DNA from: Epiperipatus broadwayi
Taxonomy: Eukaryota; Animalia; Onychophora
Assembly (NCBI GenBank): GCA_028023455.1
Contig: JAQFVV010000006.1
Coordinates: forward strand, 6,076,001 to 6,140,000
DNA: 64,000 nucleotides
Reading direction: 5' to 3'
The notes beneath the pieces are model-generated. The model was not told where the DNA came from and did not search any database. It saw only the letters and a list, made by a program, of their open reading frames with translations. The translations under genes were made by a program, and so were the position numbers. Every line of letters begins with the position of its first letter. The stretch's first letter is position 1. This document shows positions 39,621 to 52,300 of this stretch, one piece after another.

Positions 39621-39909
39621 ATGAAAAAATAAAAGGTATGTTGCCGAAACAATATTGCTCAAGCTGTAGTCATGTGACAGAGTCATGTATATATAAATGG
39701 TTATTCAGATATTCATTTTAAATTTTACTTAAAAATTGAATACAACATCTATTTCTTAAAGACTTCTCAGAAAGTATCATTTAATGCTCTTACTCTTTAA
39801 AATACCATGGTTATACACATAGGCAGCTCTCTCTCAAGCCAGTCTCACAGAAACAGTAAATAAGTATAGAGAAAATTAGATAAGTGAGACTTTACCAGTG
39901 AAAATTCAT

Positions 39910-40255
39910 CATCAACATCTTCAACCATTATCAATCCATAACAGAATGATGATATCTCCATAATTTAATATAGTTTCTCTGATCCCTAGCCTATCTTCTC
40001 TGTAAAACTCAGCAAAAGTCTTTATATCAACCATCCATCTCACACAGCCTGCTTCTAGGTCTTTTACAACCTCTGGGGGTATAGCCCAAGTATTAAACTG
40101 TCAATCCATTATCATCTACTCTAACAATATACCCAGCTCACAATCTCTTTTAATTCTTTCAATGATGTCAGTAAAACACTTTGCTCTTTCACCCATGTTC
40201 TTTGTTTCTGCTTTTCTTATTACTTCTAACATACATCTCACCATACTGTATCGAG
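39910..40255 (-). pseudogene. RTE-type LINE 3' end
   Basis: LWAGYIVRVDDN..PRGCKRPRSR; ends GGATTGATAATGGTTGA plus GAT-type repeats, as in the 59780-60140 copy. Confidence 0.75.
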
Positions 40256-40496
40256 TAATACATCACTGTCTATCATCATCGTGCTTTAAAAAAAATGCCT
40301 GATATTTCAGTTAAGCTCTATCAAACAATTGAAAAGAAAAACTGTAGTGCTTTTTGATCTTAAAGGTAAAAAACCGATAAACTGACCACTCTGGCTGATA
40401 AATATGAATGATCGTATAGTAATAACAACTGCATTGTTAAGAACATATGGAGTAAACATTAGGAAATTACACTGCTCAATTCTTTTCAGGCCTCAA

Positions 40497-40598
40497 CGAG
40501 GAATCACTGGGTTTGTTTAGATTTAATGACAAGATCCTTTCTAGATCCCAAAAATTCATATCGACAGACACCGATACTTTTTTCCATGTGTCCAGTTG
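40497..40598 (-). CDS. Possible terminal coding exon of an unidentified gene
   Basis: Acceptor TTTCTATTTTCATAG then (D)VNTTTGHMEKSIGVCRYEFLGSRKDLVIKSKQTQ-stop; non-repetitive and CpG-containing. A + strand acceptor at 40488 also exists, so the strand is uncertain. Confidence 0.25.
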
Positions 40599-41109
40599 TT
40601 GTATTTACATCTATGAAAATAGAAATTAAGATTTTTTAAAATGTAAAATTTTTGTCCATAAATAATCAAGCACTGCTTTGATATATCTTTGAATAATCTT
40701 AAGTGGAGCAAGAGATGATTTTAAGCAGGTAAAGAGTTTCAGAAAAGATCAAAAATTTTCCATGCAGTTAAAGTCCAGTTTTAAAACTAGTTACTATGCC
40801 TCTTTGAAAATAAGTATTTTTGATTGAAGCTTAAGGGTAGGGTAAGATAAGGCAAAGAAAAAACTCCCATAATATTCCACTATGAAGCGAAGATACTTTA
40901 ATTTTATCCTGCAGAGAAACACTGAAAGTGGGGGAAAATTCATCATAATAACAATTGCTATTGAGACAGAGTCTAGTTAAAATATAGTTTGTTACAAAGG
41001 TATGAACTTATCCTTTTATAAATATCACTAATCTCCAAAAATAAATACTGATTCTGCAGTGGACCAGTTAAAAAAGTCATAACCTTTTACCTGTACATTC
41101 ATAAAGTAT

Positions 41110-42010
41110 GTACATAAGCATTTATTTTTATATAGCGCATGTTTACAATTGTATTACATTCAATTATCAGCCTTTCAAGCTAATTGTGCATATGCTTTTG
41201 TGAGTGTTAATAATAATAAATGAATACTTTCCTCTCCAATACAAGATATAGTATTTATGCGGGAATAAAATGAATCCACTTATTCCTACAACTCAAATGC
41301 TTATATATGAGCAAATCTGAAGTACTGGCAAGGAAAGCGTGAGGCTGGACCACCCACTTTAAATTACTATATACTATGTCTGAATGAATGACGTTGGTGA
41401 AATTGTCTAGAATTTACTAAACATCACTCTAACTGAAACTTAATCATATGCAAATAAGCATTTATTTTTATATAGCACATGTTTACAATTGTATTACATT
41501 CAATTATCAGCCTTTCAAGCTCATTGTGCATATGCTTTTATCGAGTGTTAATAATAATAAATGAATACTATATCTTGTATTGGAGAGGAAAGTATTCATT
41601 TATTATTATTAACACTCGCAAAAGCATATAAACAATTAGCTTGAAAGGCTGATAATTGAATGTAATACAATTGTAAACATGCGCTATATAAAAATAAATG
41701 CTTATTTACATATGATTAAGTTTCAGTTAGAGTGACGTTTAGTAAATTCTAGACAATTTCACCGACATCATTCATTCAGACATCGTATATAGTAATTTAA
41801 AGTGAGTGGTCCATCCTCACACTTTCCTTGCCAGTACTTCAGATTTGCTCATATATAAGCATTTGAGTTGTAGGAATAAGTGGATTCATTTTATTCCTGC
41901 ATAAATACTATATCTTGTATTGGAGAGGAAAGTATTCATTTATTATTATTAACACTCGCAAAAGTGTATGCACAATTAGCTTATAGGCTGACAATTGAAT
42001 GTAATAAAAT
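41110..42010. repeat. Young ~900 bp palindrome built from a ~340 bp tandem monomer
   Basis: 41115-41568 (1.3 units) is followed by its near-identical reverse complement from 41569; older relatives at 51880-52410. Confidence 0.9.
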
Positions 42011-42249
42011 ATGTATATACATTTTTATATATGCATACCCCATAATGCACATTATACATATATATATAGAATCAAACTTACCTCAAATTCACAACTAACC
42101 TAGACTACCCAAGGAAAATAAACTTTAAAACACAACCAAACATTTCACTGCTATAAGCAGACTTCTCAAGTATAAAGTGTGTGTATTTAATAAACCAATA
42201 ATAAAGAGGCTGATTTATGTAAAATGACTTCAACGCAAAATATTTTTTA

Positions 42250-42441
42250 CTACAATTATGCCACCTAGTGTAAGCTTTAGTAATCAATAGATACCATATC
42301 ATAGTACTTAATAAAATCTGATTCACTACTGTTATATCCAATATCACCAGACTAGTTTCTAGCTTATGGCTTTCATCAATGAGGTGAGACTTGGAGCAGT
42401 ACATCTGAAATTTTTGGATCTAATGCACCTTTTATCTAGCA
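42250..42441 (-). mobile_element. Family A copy with hammerhead at 42336-42394, interrupted by a MITE
   Basis: Minus strand CCTCA-TTGATGA-AAGC-CATAA-GCTA-GAA-ACTAGT-C/TGGTGA-TA-TTGGAT. Confidence 0.75.
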
Positions 42442-42972
42442 CAGAGGTGGGAAATTGTTTTGGCTCAAAGGCCACTTTGTGGAATTGGATATTAGTGGAG
42501 GGTTGTGTCAGGGGCCACTTTGTGGAAATGGAGGTTAGCAGAGGGCTGCATTGAGGGCCACTTTGTAAGTGCAGAGGTTAACGGAGGGCCGCACCTTTTC
42601 TTCATAACACAATAAATACACTGTTTTATTTCCTGTATTATAAAAGAAATATTTGCTTGCCCATTCTTCATTAAACACACAACATTCATCACTGATTTTA
42701 CATTTTTTCAATGAATTCATGGTTTCACTAAAGTTTGAAATTTATATATTTACTGCTGCAAAGACAAAATTGAAATTAACCAGATCAATCGGAAAAGCAC
42801 TGTGCATCATATCTACACTGTGCATGCATATTGATGTGGCCATCCTAGTGGAAAATATGAGACGAATCTTCGGTTGTGCACAGGAAGGAAATCTCAGTTC
42901 AAGTCGGATTTTTCTGACTGTCTTGATGGGCCACAAAAAAACTCTTAGAGGGCCACTATTTGCCCACCCCTG
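42442..42972. mobile_element. hAT (Charlie-like) MITE
   Basis: TIRs CAGAGGTGGGAAA / TTGCCCACCCCTG; 8-bp flanks ATCTAGCA / AGCTAGTA (6/8, NTCTAGAN-like); subterminal GGGCCAC repeats. Confidence 0.8.
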
Positions 42973-43369
42973 AGCTAGTATTAATATCTGGAATCTATTG
43001 AATATTAAAGTTTATACTAGGTAGCAAAATTGTATTCAGAAAAAAATGGTTTGCTGTTGAACACCATTGTATAAGCATTATGTGAGGTAGGGTCATGTGA
43101 TGTGATATATTATTGGCTTTAGCAAAAAAATATTGTCATTTTAACATCAGATTAATTATTTACAAATATTAATACTAGATGAGCAGTTCTTGAAATTTGA
43201 CATGACTTCAAGACAGCCAATGATAATTGTTTCTGAAATGTGCACATGCTGCAAAGTGATTTGTCAATTTTTTTCACATGATAAAACAAGTGATTGATGA
43301 ATATTTCTTGCACTGTGATTGGAAGCGATATCTCTCCATATATATAATACAAATAAAATGTCTTGTAAT

Positions 43370-45500
43370 TAAAAGCTATTGTTATAACAATAAAAATAAT
43401 AAATGTAATGGTAATTAACAATTATATACAGTCTTTCAATCTGCAGAAGTACTTTCGGTTAATTCCTTAACCCTCTTCAACTGCTGTTAAATTCAAAAAA
43501 CATAATGGAAGCAAATGCCATCAAATCCCATGAATCCTGAATTTTAATGTTAGCAGCTTGTCTATTAATTATATTCATTTTATTTTTATTTATAAAAATT
43601 GACACCTTAATTTTTCTTTATTATGGTTTCTCTCTTCATGAAGAATCTTAATACTTCCAAGATTGAGCTTAAATTTATATATTTACATGTTTTTTCATGA
43701 TCCACGAAAACTGAAGCAGTCATTAAATCATTATTATTTTTACTTTTTACATGCTTGTATAACAATTAATGCTCCTTTAATCTTTTCTGAATATTGCATC
43801 TCAATTCACTTATGTATGATAATATACATCCACAAAAAATTTGATTCACAACATTATTTTTTTGTTCGACAGGTATGATACTTTTAGAATTATTCACTAA
43901 TTTTTTAATGTTATTTGTAACACAAATTGAAACATCAAACACATCTTTATATATATATATCCTTATTCATTTGAGCATTTGAAATATATGGAATAGATAG
44001 ATATCCATTTTTTATTACCAATCTTAAACTCTTTAAATCATTATAACTCTTTTTAAATTGACATAAAGTATTGTTAATCTGTTCAATCCAATTCTTTAGC
44101 AAATATCTCAATATTTTTTAATTTATTACACTGATAATGACATAATTTTTCATTACAAAACCAAAAAAGATCTAAAACTTTGCATCTTATGTATAATAGG
44201 TATTTTTGATTTACAATTTATATATCTCCTTTTTTTGCAATGGTTTGATTATTAATTTATAACTTAACATACTATTACCTCTTGTAAATATAGGGGATTT
44301 GAACTCAGACTTTCAAGCAACCTTCAGCTATCCACACTATCTCATACTACATGAGTTCAAATCCCCTATATTAAGAATTAGGTTCCAGGTATTCGCATGT
44401 ATTTCAAATATTACCTCTTGTAATAAATAAATCAAATACTTAATACTTTTGTCCTATTCCTTTCCAGGAGTCCATTTTATGCTATTCAAATTATTTAACT
44501 CAACTACAAACAAATTTATAGTATATTGGTATTTCCACAAACAAAAACATCATCAATATACCTTTTGTAAATTTTAATATCTTTAAAAGTACACATACCT
44601 AAAACACTATTCTCATATGTAGACAAAACATAATTGCAAACTTGTGCAACAACAGGCAGACCCATAGGCCAATATTTAGACATTTTTATAATATCCATCT
44701 TCAAAAGAAGCAACAATGTTATCATTAAAAAAATTTAAAGAATTAATAACAAATTTTATAACATAGTTACAAACATCTTAACTTTTTAATGCAAGATCAA
44801 ATTACTTTCATGGAATCCACGCTATTAATAGAACCATACATTTCAGTCACATTCAATGAAGCAATAATATCACTCTCAGTAATCACTATATTTTTAATTC
44901 TATCTACAAAATCAAAAGATGAAGCAATAGTATTTTCCCCAAATCCTAAAAACTTTTACATCTTACCAATATATTTAGAAGTCTGATATATGAAGGAACC
45001 ACCAAAATCTATCATAACTCGCAAAAAATTACCAGCTTTGTGTAATTTATATTTTAAAAAGTTCAAGGACATATAGCGCAGGAAGGATATATCTTATAGT
45101 TCACATTCATAGCTTTCCATAAATTGTTATACATGCATGTGAAAAGCAAAAATAATGACTGCTTTAATTTTTTTGGATCATGGAAAAACGTGTAAATATA
45201 AATTTAAATTTGATTTTGAAAGTGTTAAGATTTGTCATGAAGAGAGAAATCATAATAAAAGAAAAAATTAAGAAGGCAATTTTAATAAATAGAAGCAAAA
45301 TGGATATAATTAATAGACGAGCTGCTAACGTTAAAATTCAGGATTCGTGGGATTTGAGTTGATGATGTTTGCTTCCATTATGTTTTTTGAATTTAATAAC
45401 AGTTGAGGGGAGTTACAGAATTAACCTAAAGTACTTCTGCAGATTGAAAGACTATATGTAATAGTTAATTACCATTATATTTAATATTTTTATTGTTATA
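43370..45500 (-). mobile_element. 5'-truncated Penelope-like element: RT plus GIY-YIG endonuclease, with an inverted terminal repeat
   Basis: Minus strand GSFIYQTSKYIG..SSFDFVDRIKN..IIASLNVTEMYGSI..PMGLPVVAQVCNY..YKRYIDDVF (RT) and VVNQIFCGCILSYISELRCNIQKRLKEH (GIY-YIG); 43370-43790 and 45120-45500 are inverted copies; many stops. Confidence 0.9.
43443..43484 (-). ncRNA. Type I hammerhead ribozyme in the Penelope terminal repeat
   Basis: GCAG-TTGAAGA-G-GGTTAA-GGAA-TTAACC-GAA-AGTACT-T/CTGC: 4-bp stem I, 6-bp stem II, palindromic stem III; decayed twin at 45399-45440 (+). Confidence 0.75.
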
Positions 45501-45711
45501 TGTATATATAATTATAGATACATGTATATACCAATCTTCACTTTCTTTTTTTGGTTCCACTTAAGTTTTGTATTTTGAAATTTCTATTTTAACAGCATAA
45601 AGATAAATTGCAATGGGTCAACATATATATACATGTCTCATTTTATGTGATAGATAGGTTCCACAGAAAACCTGCATTAAAAAAAATCGCACAAAAATAG
45701 ACTTAACTTAC

Positions 45712-45780
45712 CTTGAAAAATGGGGGATAGGGGTTGTAATTTTCAGAATTTGCATAAAAGCAAAGCAACAAAGAAAAATT
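45712..45780 (-). CDS. Possible short internal exon
   Basis: AG acceptor and perfect CAAG|GTAAGT donor; open frame NFSLLLCFYANSENYNPYPPFFK; no family recognised. Confidence 0.2.
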
Positions 45781-48529
45781 ACTTTAAAATTGGCATTAAA
45801 AAAATAAGCAAATGAAGTATGACTAATAAAAAATTTTAAATATTTAAAAAAAAATTAATACAAGACAAACTTTTTTTACTTTTTTTTATTAAGTATAGTA
45901 TTTAATTTTACATTTTTCATACATAGTTTAATCATTACCGCTAGTGTTCATTTGCAAACTGGAAAGAAATCAGATTCAATATGATGAATTGTAGCTTCTC
46001 CTTAAACGAAGTCATGAATCTCTCAGCAATTATGCCCAGAGAAACCTGTTAGCCACTTTATTTTCATTCGTGATATGTGTACAACTAGCACCACTTTTAG
46101 TCTTGTGCTGTGTTAATGGTTTTCTGTTTCTATATTAAAAAATGAAATTGCAATCAAAACAAAAAGATTATACAATATCATTAGAAAGATTATTTTCCAT
46201 TTATAAAATCTTTGTTTTTTATTTTAAAAATCTAAAAGATTATTTATTTCTGTTATATATAACAAAATACGTTTTAAAAGTTTAATTTTTTTGAATATTT
46301 ATTGTGATATTTTTATATGTAAGTATAAATCTATTATTATTATTATTATTTACTCATTAGTATAAATAGTTATTTATATAGAAGCTAAGATTCTAAATAA
46401 CAGCTTCCGGCCATATTCACGTTAGCTGCTAATATAACATTATATTTTTGAAGAAAAAAAATTATTTCAAGTCAAAATAAGTTATTAATAATTTAAATTT
46501 CTTGATGTCTAATAAATATAGTGAAATATGAAAGATATTAAGAAGAAACATGAATCACATAACTTCAAAATCGCATTAAAATAATCCACATAAAACGAGA
46601 CCCAGGTGTATATATGTATGTTTGTATTTAAATAAGTACGTATAAATGTGGGTATATATTCTTATACAAATATATAGCTATAATCTATTAATAATTTCAA
46701 AATAAAATATATGTATTTAAAAGATGTTATTTCCCAAGATTGAATCTGATAAAATGATTAAAGTAATGTATTGTCATTTATAATTCTCAAGAAAAATGCT
46801 AAACAATCAAAACATAGAAAGAGGAGAATAAAACAGAGTAATAAAAACATAATGATCTAAAGATAAATTAATATGCATGAGTTACTATAGGTACATGCTT
46901 GTATTTAAATATATAATTATAGTTATAATCATTAGCATCTCAATAAACCTGATGACCATAGATTTCCACTTTTATTGAATAATGGAGGTTGCCTTGAGAA
47001 CAGATTGAGATTGTTGATTGTTAATGATATTGGTATTGTTTAAGTGTTGATAGCTTTCATGTATTTGCAGTGAATATCTAACCTTGTTCGTTATTAGGTC
47101 TATTAAGTAAGTAGTACATGAATGAAATGTAATTTGAAAGCTATAATTGATTATTAGTTAGTCTGCTTTCAAAAAAAAAGGTTATATTTACCTGTTTAAT
47201 GAAATTTATTTAAAAATTTCATTTTATAATAATTGCACTCTCTGTAGTCAAGTTATAATATTTAGGGTCTATATAAACATATTAGACCATAGATAAGGAT
47301 GGATTTCCATCTTTATTAATAAAAAGAGGTTGCCTTGACAACAGATTGAGATTGATAATTGTTAATGATATTAACATTAAGTGTTGACTGCTTTAAACTA
47401 TTTATAGATGTGTGTATATATATATATGGTACAATATATTAATGGTTTAAAAATTAATTACATTTATTTAAAAGTCTTTATTCTACAAAATTAAATCGGA
47501 TAAAATTACTGAAGTTATTTATAAGTCTGAAGAAAACTGTTAAACAGTCGAATCCCAGAAAGAAGAGACTGAAACAGATTGATTAAAAAATATTAAATTT
47601 GTTACATTGTATTCTTACGAGTAAACAGTCATTTTGTTAATCTATTTGTCAAATTGTGGTCATTGGTGTAATAAGTGCTGGCATTTTAGTTTAAGTTAAG
47701 TTTTTGGATGAACGCAGATTGAATCACAAGTTAAGCAAATTTTAAACCATGAAATAAGTAGAGTCAATAACAGCAAGAAAAAAAATGTCCGCTCTTTTTC
47801 TCCTTTACTATTTTTGTTTAGATAACTGTTGAAGATATCATAGTCACATAGATGTCTATTTAAGACTGTTTTATTTTACTTTTTGTTCTTACAAGACATG
47901 ATGAAAAATAAACCCTAGTAAAATAGCCTTCAATAGTCCACTGTGGCAAGACTTCTCCAATAGTTATCCAAAAAAAGAATGAAAGGGAGGTGGCTTATTT
48001 CAATCTTGCAAACAATAGGATTTAAGGCTTTTTCCTTTCTTATTTTCACTGAGTGGACCTACTATATAGTCTTTGGTATTCTCCTACACTGTAACTTAAT
48101 CTGCCTTCAGTCAAGAACTTTGCACATGCCCTGCATGGCCAAAACTAGTGGTAGAATGATGGACTCTAGAAATCAAGATCCATGAATCACAGATCCACCC
48201 ATTACTTCCATGTCCAAATTTCCTGTGAACTTCTGAGAAATAAAGCATCTGATTATTTTATTAAAGGATATATTACTATACTATTAAATAATTCCATAAT
48301 GCAGTATGCATCTCTCCATAATTTAGGGTGTGGCAAAATCAGGAGGTCCTGGGTGCTCAAACTTAACTCATGGCAGTTTATTATGATTATTATTGTTGTT
48401 ATTGTTATTAAAAAGTGTGCGCAATTCAATAATGTCTTTATTTGTTTGTAACCAATTACAGCTTATCATTACTTTTGAGCGAGCCGGTCATATTCATAGT
48501 GCAAAGACAGATAAGTGGGAGAAAGAACA

Positions 48530-49365
48530 TTTGGATTAATTAATATGAAAGTTTGTAATTTTAAGTATATCACTTGCATGATAGTGAAATGCATGAATTT
48601 TTTATTTATTGCATGGGTGTTGTTTGCGATAAACCATATCTCTTTGCATTTTCTCTTTCAATCATTGCTCTCAGTGCAAACCACTTTAATGTAAAGCAGA
48701 TCAAAATGGTGGCCAGAATCCATCTTATGCTTTAAACATATCAACTCTATGTTAAAGTCTGTTTTAGGACATTTCTATGTATGCTTGTGTTTCGTTAATC
48801 TAGTGGTGAGTCTCTTGCTAACACAAGTATATATATATATATATAAGTATGCTAAATCAGATCCTAATATAAAGTCATTATTTTTAAAGCATGAAATCAA
48901 CTCAGACCAGTCTTGCATTGATGGTTGAGAGGTCAGCGCGACTGCCTTGCACTTGCAGGCAGTTGCCCGGGTTGCGGGTTTGCGTCCCGGCCGATGCTAT
49001 GACACTTAAAAAAGAAAAATCAACTCAGACCACAATTTTGATCTGTTTGACATTAAAGTGGTTTGTACTGAACTCAATGATCAAAAGAGAAAATACAAAG
49101 AGGAGTGCCACTAGATTAGTGCAACACAAGTATATATATATAAACATTCTAAAACAGACTGTAACATAGAAGTTGGTATTTTTAGAGCATGAGTTGGACT
49201 CAGACCACAATTTTACTTTAGCCTACATTAAAGTAGTTTGCAATGAGAAAAATGATCGAAAGAGAAAATTCAATGAGGCATTGTTTATCGCAAACAATAC
49301 CCACACAATAAATAAAAGAGATTCATGCGTCTCACTATCACACAAGTGGTTTATTTGAATTTACA
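48530..49365. pseudogene. Head-to-head Penelope GIY-YIG C-terminal fragments (48560-48830 on -, 48860-49365 on +)
   Basis: FLEHELDSDHNFTLAYIKVVCNEKNDRKRKFNEALFIANNTHTINKRD..LSHKW; 48560-48830 is its reverse complement. Confidence 0.75.
48910..49016 (+). mobile_element. Short SINE family V with 16-bp TSD, inserted in Penelope debris
   Basis: Exact TSD AAATCAACTCAGACCA at 48894-48909 and 49017-49032. Confidence 0.92.
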
Positions 49366-52300
49366 AACTTGCATCTTTGAGCTATGAGTATGAGAGATCT
49401 GATCCAAAGCTGTGATAAGCTGCAAAATAGTTACAATTGTTTAAACTTTCCTGTATAGTCGACCTTATTGAATTAAAAGGTATAAGTTTAAGTAATCCGA
49501 GGTTGGTTGAGTGGCAGATTAAAGAACACCCGGATTCTGGGACTGTGGCACACTCTGTTCCTTCCGATGTCGAACTTCTATTTCCAAGCAAAAAACTACA
49601 TTACATTATCACTATTTGCGTAGTAGATATGTATATCAAATTGAAAATTAAATAAAATACTTCTTTTTATTAAAAAATATCTTGAAACAGCTACGGTTAT
49701 TTATCATAAACACAGAAAATATTTAATTAAAATAGAATTCGTTTTACACTTAAATATTTTATTACATTTTCTTTCTAAATTGATTAATCTAAAATAAATG
49801 CATATCTTGGAGGCAGGAGGATTCTGTTCCATCGTTAAAAATATTCATCCTTAGACTTTTGTATATAAGAATTTCAAACGATCCATCAGAAATTGCGAGA
49901 GGAAGACTCCAAACAATTAATTAGAAAATATGACGGTTAATTCATAAATTTATCAAAGTGAATATTTAATGTATTTCTTTTCAAATTTTGAAGTATTTAA
50001 AAGGTTATATTTCTTTGGTATTGATTTAGTCTGTTAATTAATGAATTTTTTTTTTTTCTAAAACATGAATTAATTATTTACGAAATTTATGGACATTAAA
50101 AATACATTAACACAGATTTGTTATTATATCTTGAAATCTACGTTACCCAAATAAAAAAAATATTTTATTATTCAACCACATTTAATGTTTGTGCCCCAAT
50201 CCATTAACAATAGGGATATAGCAATTATTTCATTAATTTTTTATTTCATTTTATATATGTATACCAACTAATAATAAGTAATTACGTGTGTGGCTATAAG
50301 GTGGGCTATCCGAAATTAAAATTTCCAAATTTGTTAAATTTCAAGCTTGCTCGTTCTGTATTCGAACCCAAGTTATAGAGCCACCATGTGTCCTTTCATT
50401 AATAAAACAAATCCATTAAAAAAATAATCAAATGATTCATTACTCGGGAGGTTATATAAAGTTAGAATACCAGAAATGGCAGAGGCGTATAGCGATCCGT
50501 GGTCCTTGAGTTCTAGAGTATGTCTCTTTATAACGCACTAAACTGCGCAATATATATATTATTCTCTTCAAACTGTATTTGCAAAAGTTTGAATATTTTA
50601 ACTTTAATACAATTAATCATTCAATATGTAGAGCATTTTATACATAAAGACACGGCCTGCTAACTTATCATTAAACAAATTACTGAAGTTAGCGCGTTTG
50701 ATAGATGAGAGTGCATAATTTTCGAAGATGGATTTATTACTCTTCTTTTAGATTGATATAAATTAGCGCAAAGCAAGATATTGACTATTTTAATGGAGTT
50801 CATTAATAATACAACATAATCATTGACTAGATAAAATCTTCACGATGGTTAGTTCTAGTTTTATAATTGCTAAGATTGGCTAATAATGAAATATATATAT
50901 ATATAAAATGGAATAACTAAAATGCACATGTATATAAAATTTCATTATATACTTTGTGAAGACTCCTATTGTGCAATATTGCTGCTAATGGCAAAGGTTC
51001 AAACTCAGGCCGAGTAAATTGGCAAGTCTTTTATCAGACTTGGGATTTTTCCTCCAAGTGCCAACCCATAGCAACTATGCTAACCATCTAGTATTGCTCG
51101 GTAAATGGTAAATTAGTTTTAGTTAAATGATAAAACACACCCAGTTACAAATAATTATTAAGCATAGCAAGTGCTGCCCCCTCTTCCATTATTACTCTGT
51201 GAGAGATTAATAGAGAAGTCTTCACCCCACAATGCTTTATTTAAAGATCATTTTACCTAGCTACTATGTATTTTATTACCAACATGAAATAACTCATTAG
51301 CAGCTGTTTAATCCATATCTCACTTCCTGTTCAGGAACCTACACTTCCTCTAAAGTATCTATTAACAGGAGCAATTGTTGCATATACAAAAATTTCTGTG
51401 CTTTATTATGGACCAGGTTACTGCATTAAATTTCCCCAAAATGATACATACAATAATATACAATATAATTTAAGATCTTGTTTTTATTAACGCTGAAAAT
51501 AGTATGTGAGGGGTGAAGTCATTGGCATCCCAGAAATACTTGTCTTCCATCCATTATCTAAATCATATTCCATATTATCTAATTCTTCATCTTTACAGCC
51601 AACTGCTATAGCCTTTCTCATTACTCTCATACGAATCATTCTCACTAATCCGACATGAAAAAATGTCTGTCGTTAAAAAATGGAAGATATAAAACTAATT
51701 AATCCTTTTGTGTTTCAATGTTTTTGTATCGCCCCCTAGTGACTGTTCAAGTTATAATTCAACATTTTATTTTGCCATTAAAACCTTTACATTACAAATT
51801 AATCATGTTTACAGATGAAAAACACTCTTAAAAAACTATATTTGAACTTTGCAAACATAGAAAATATAATGCTGATTATTATTACAGTTTAAAAACATCA
51901 TGCTATATAAAATAAATATCTTATTTACATATGTTTAATTTCAATTAAGAATGATGTATTGTAAATTCTAATAAATTTCACAAGCTTCATTCATTCAGGC
52001 ATAGTAATGGTAATTTAAAGTGATTGTTTAATATCTTCACACTTTCATTTCCAAATGCTTAAGATTTGCCCATACTTAAACGTTTGGATTGAAAGGATAG
52101 ATAATTCATTCTATCTTTTCACAAAGACTTTATCTTGTATTTGGAAAGTGAGAGTATTCATTTATAGTTAAAAATCCACAAAGTGTATATGCATTAGTTT
52201 AATGCTGATTATTATTACAGAAAATATAATATGTAAACAAGCATCTATTTTTATAGCGCGATGTTTATAATTGTAATTCATTAAATATCAGCCTTTTACA

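Noticed and set aside
41385-41430. CTGAATGA...GAAATTGTC in the 340-bp monomer as a hammerhead
   Set aside because: There is an extra base in the core, stem II does not pair and there is no stem I.
49380-49655. Overlapping opposite-strand ORFs with retained CpGs as an exon
   Set aside because: No recognisable domain, and splice signals are ambiguous on both strands; I cannot support a call without homology or RNA data.
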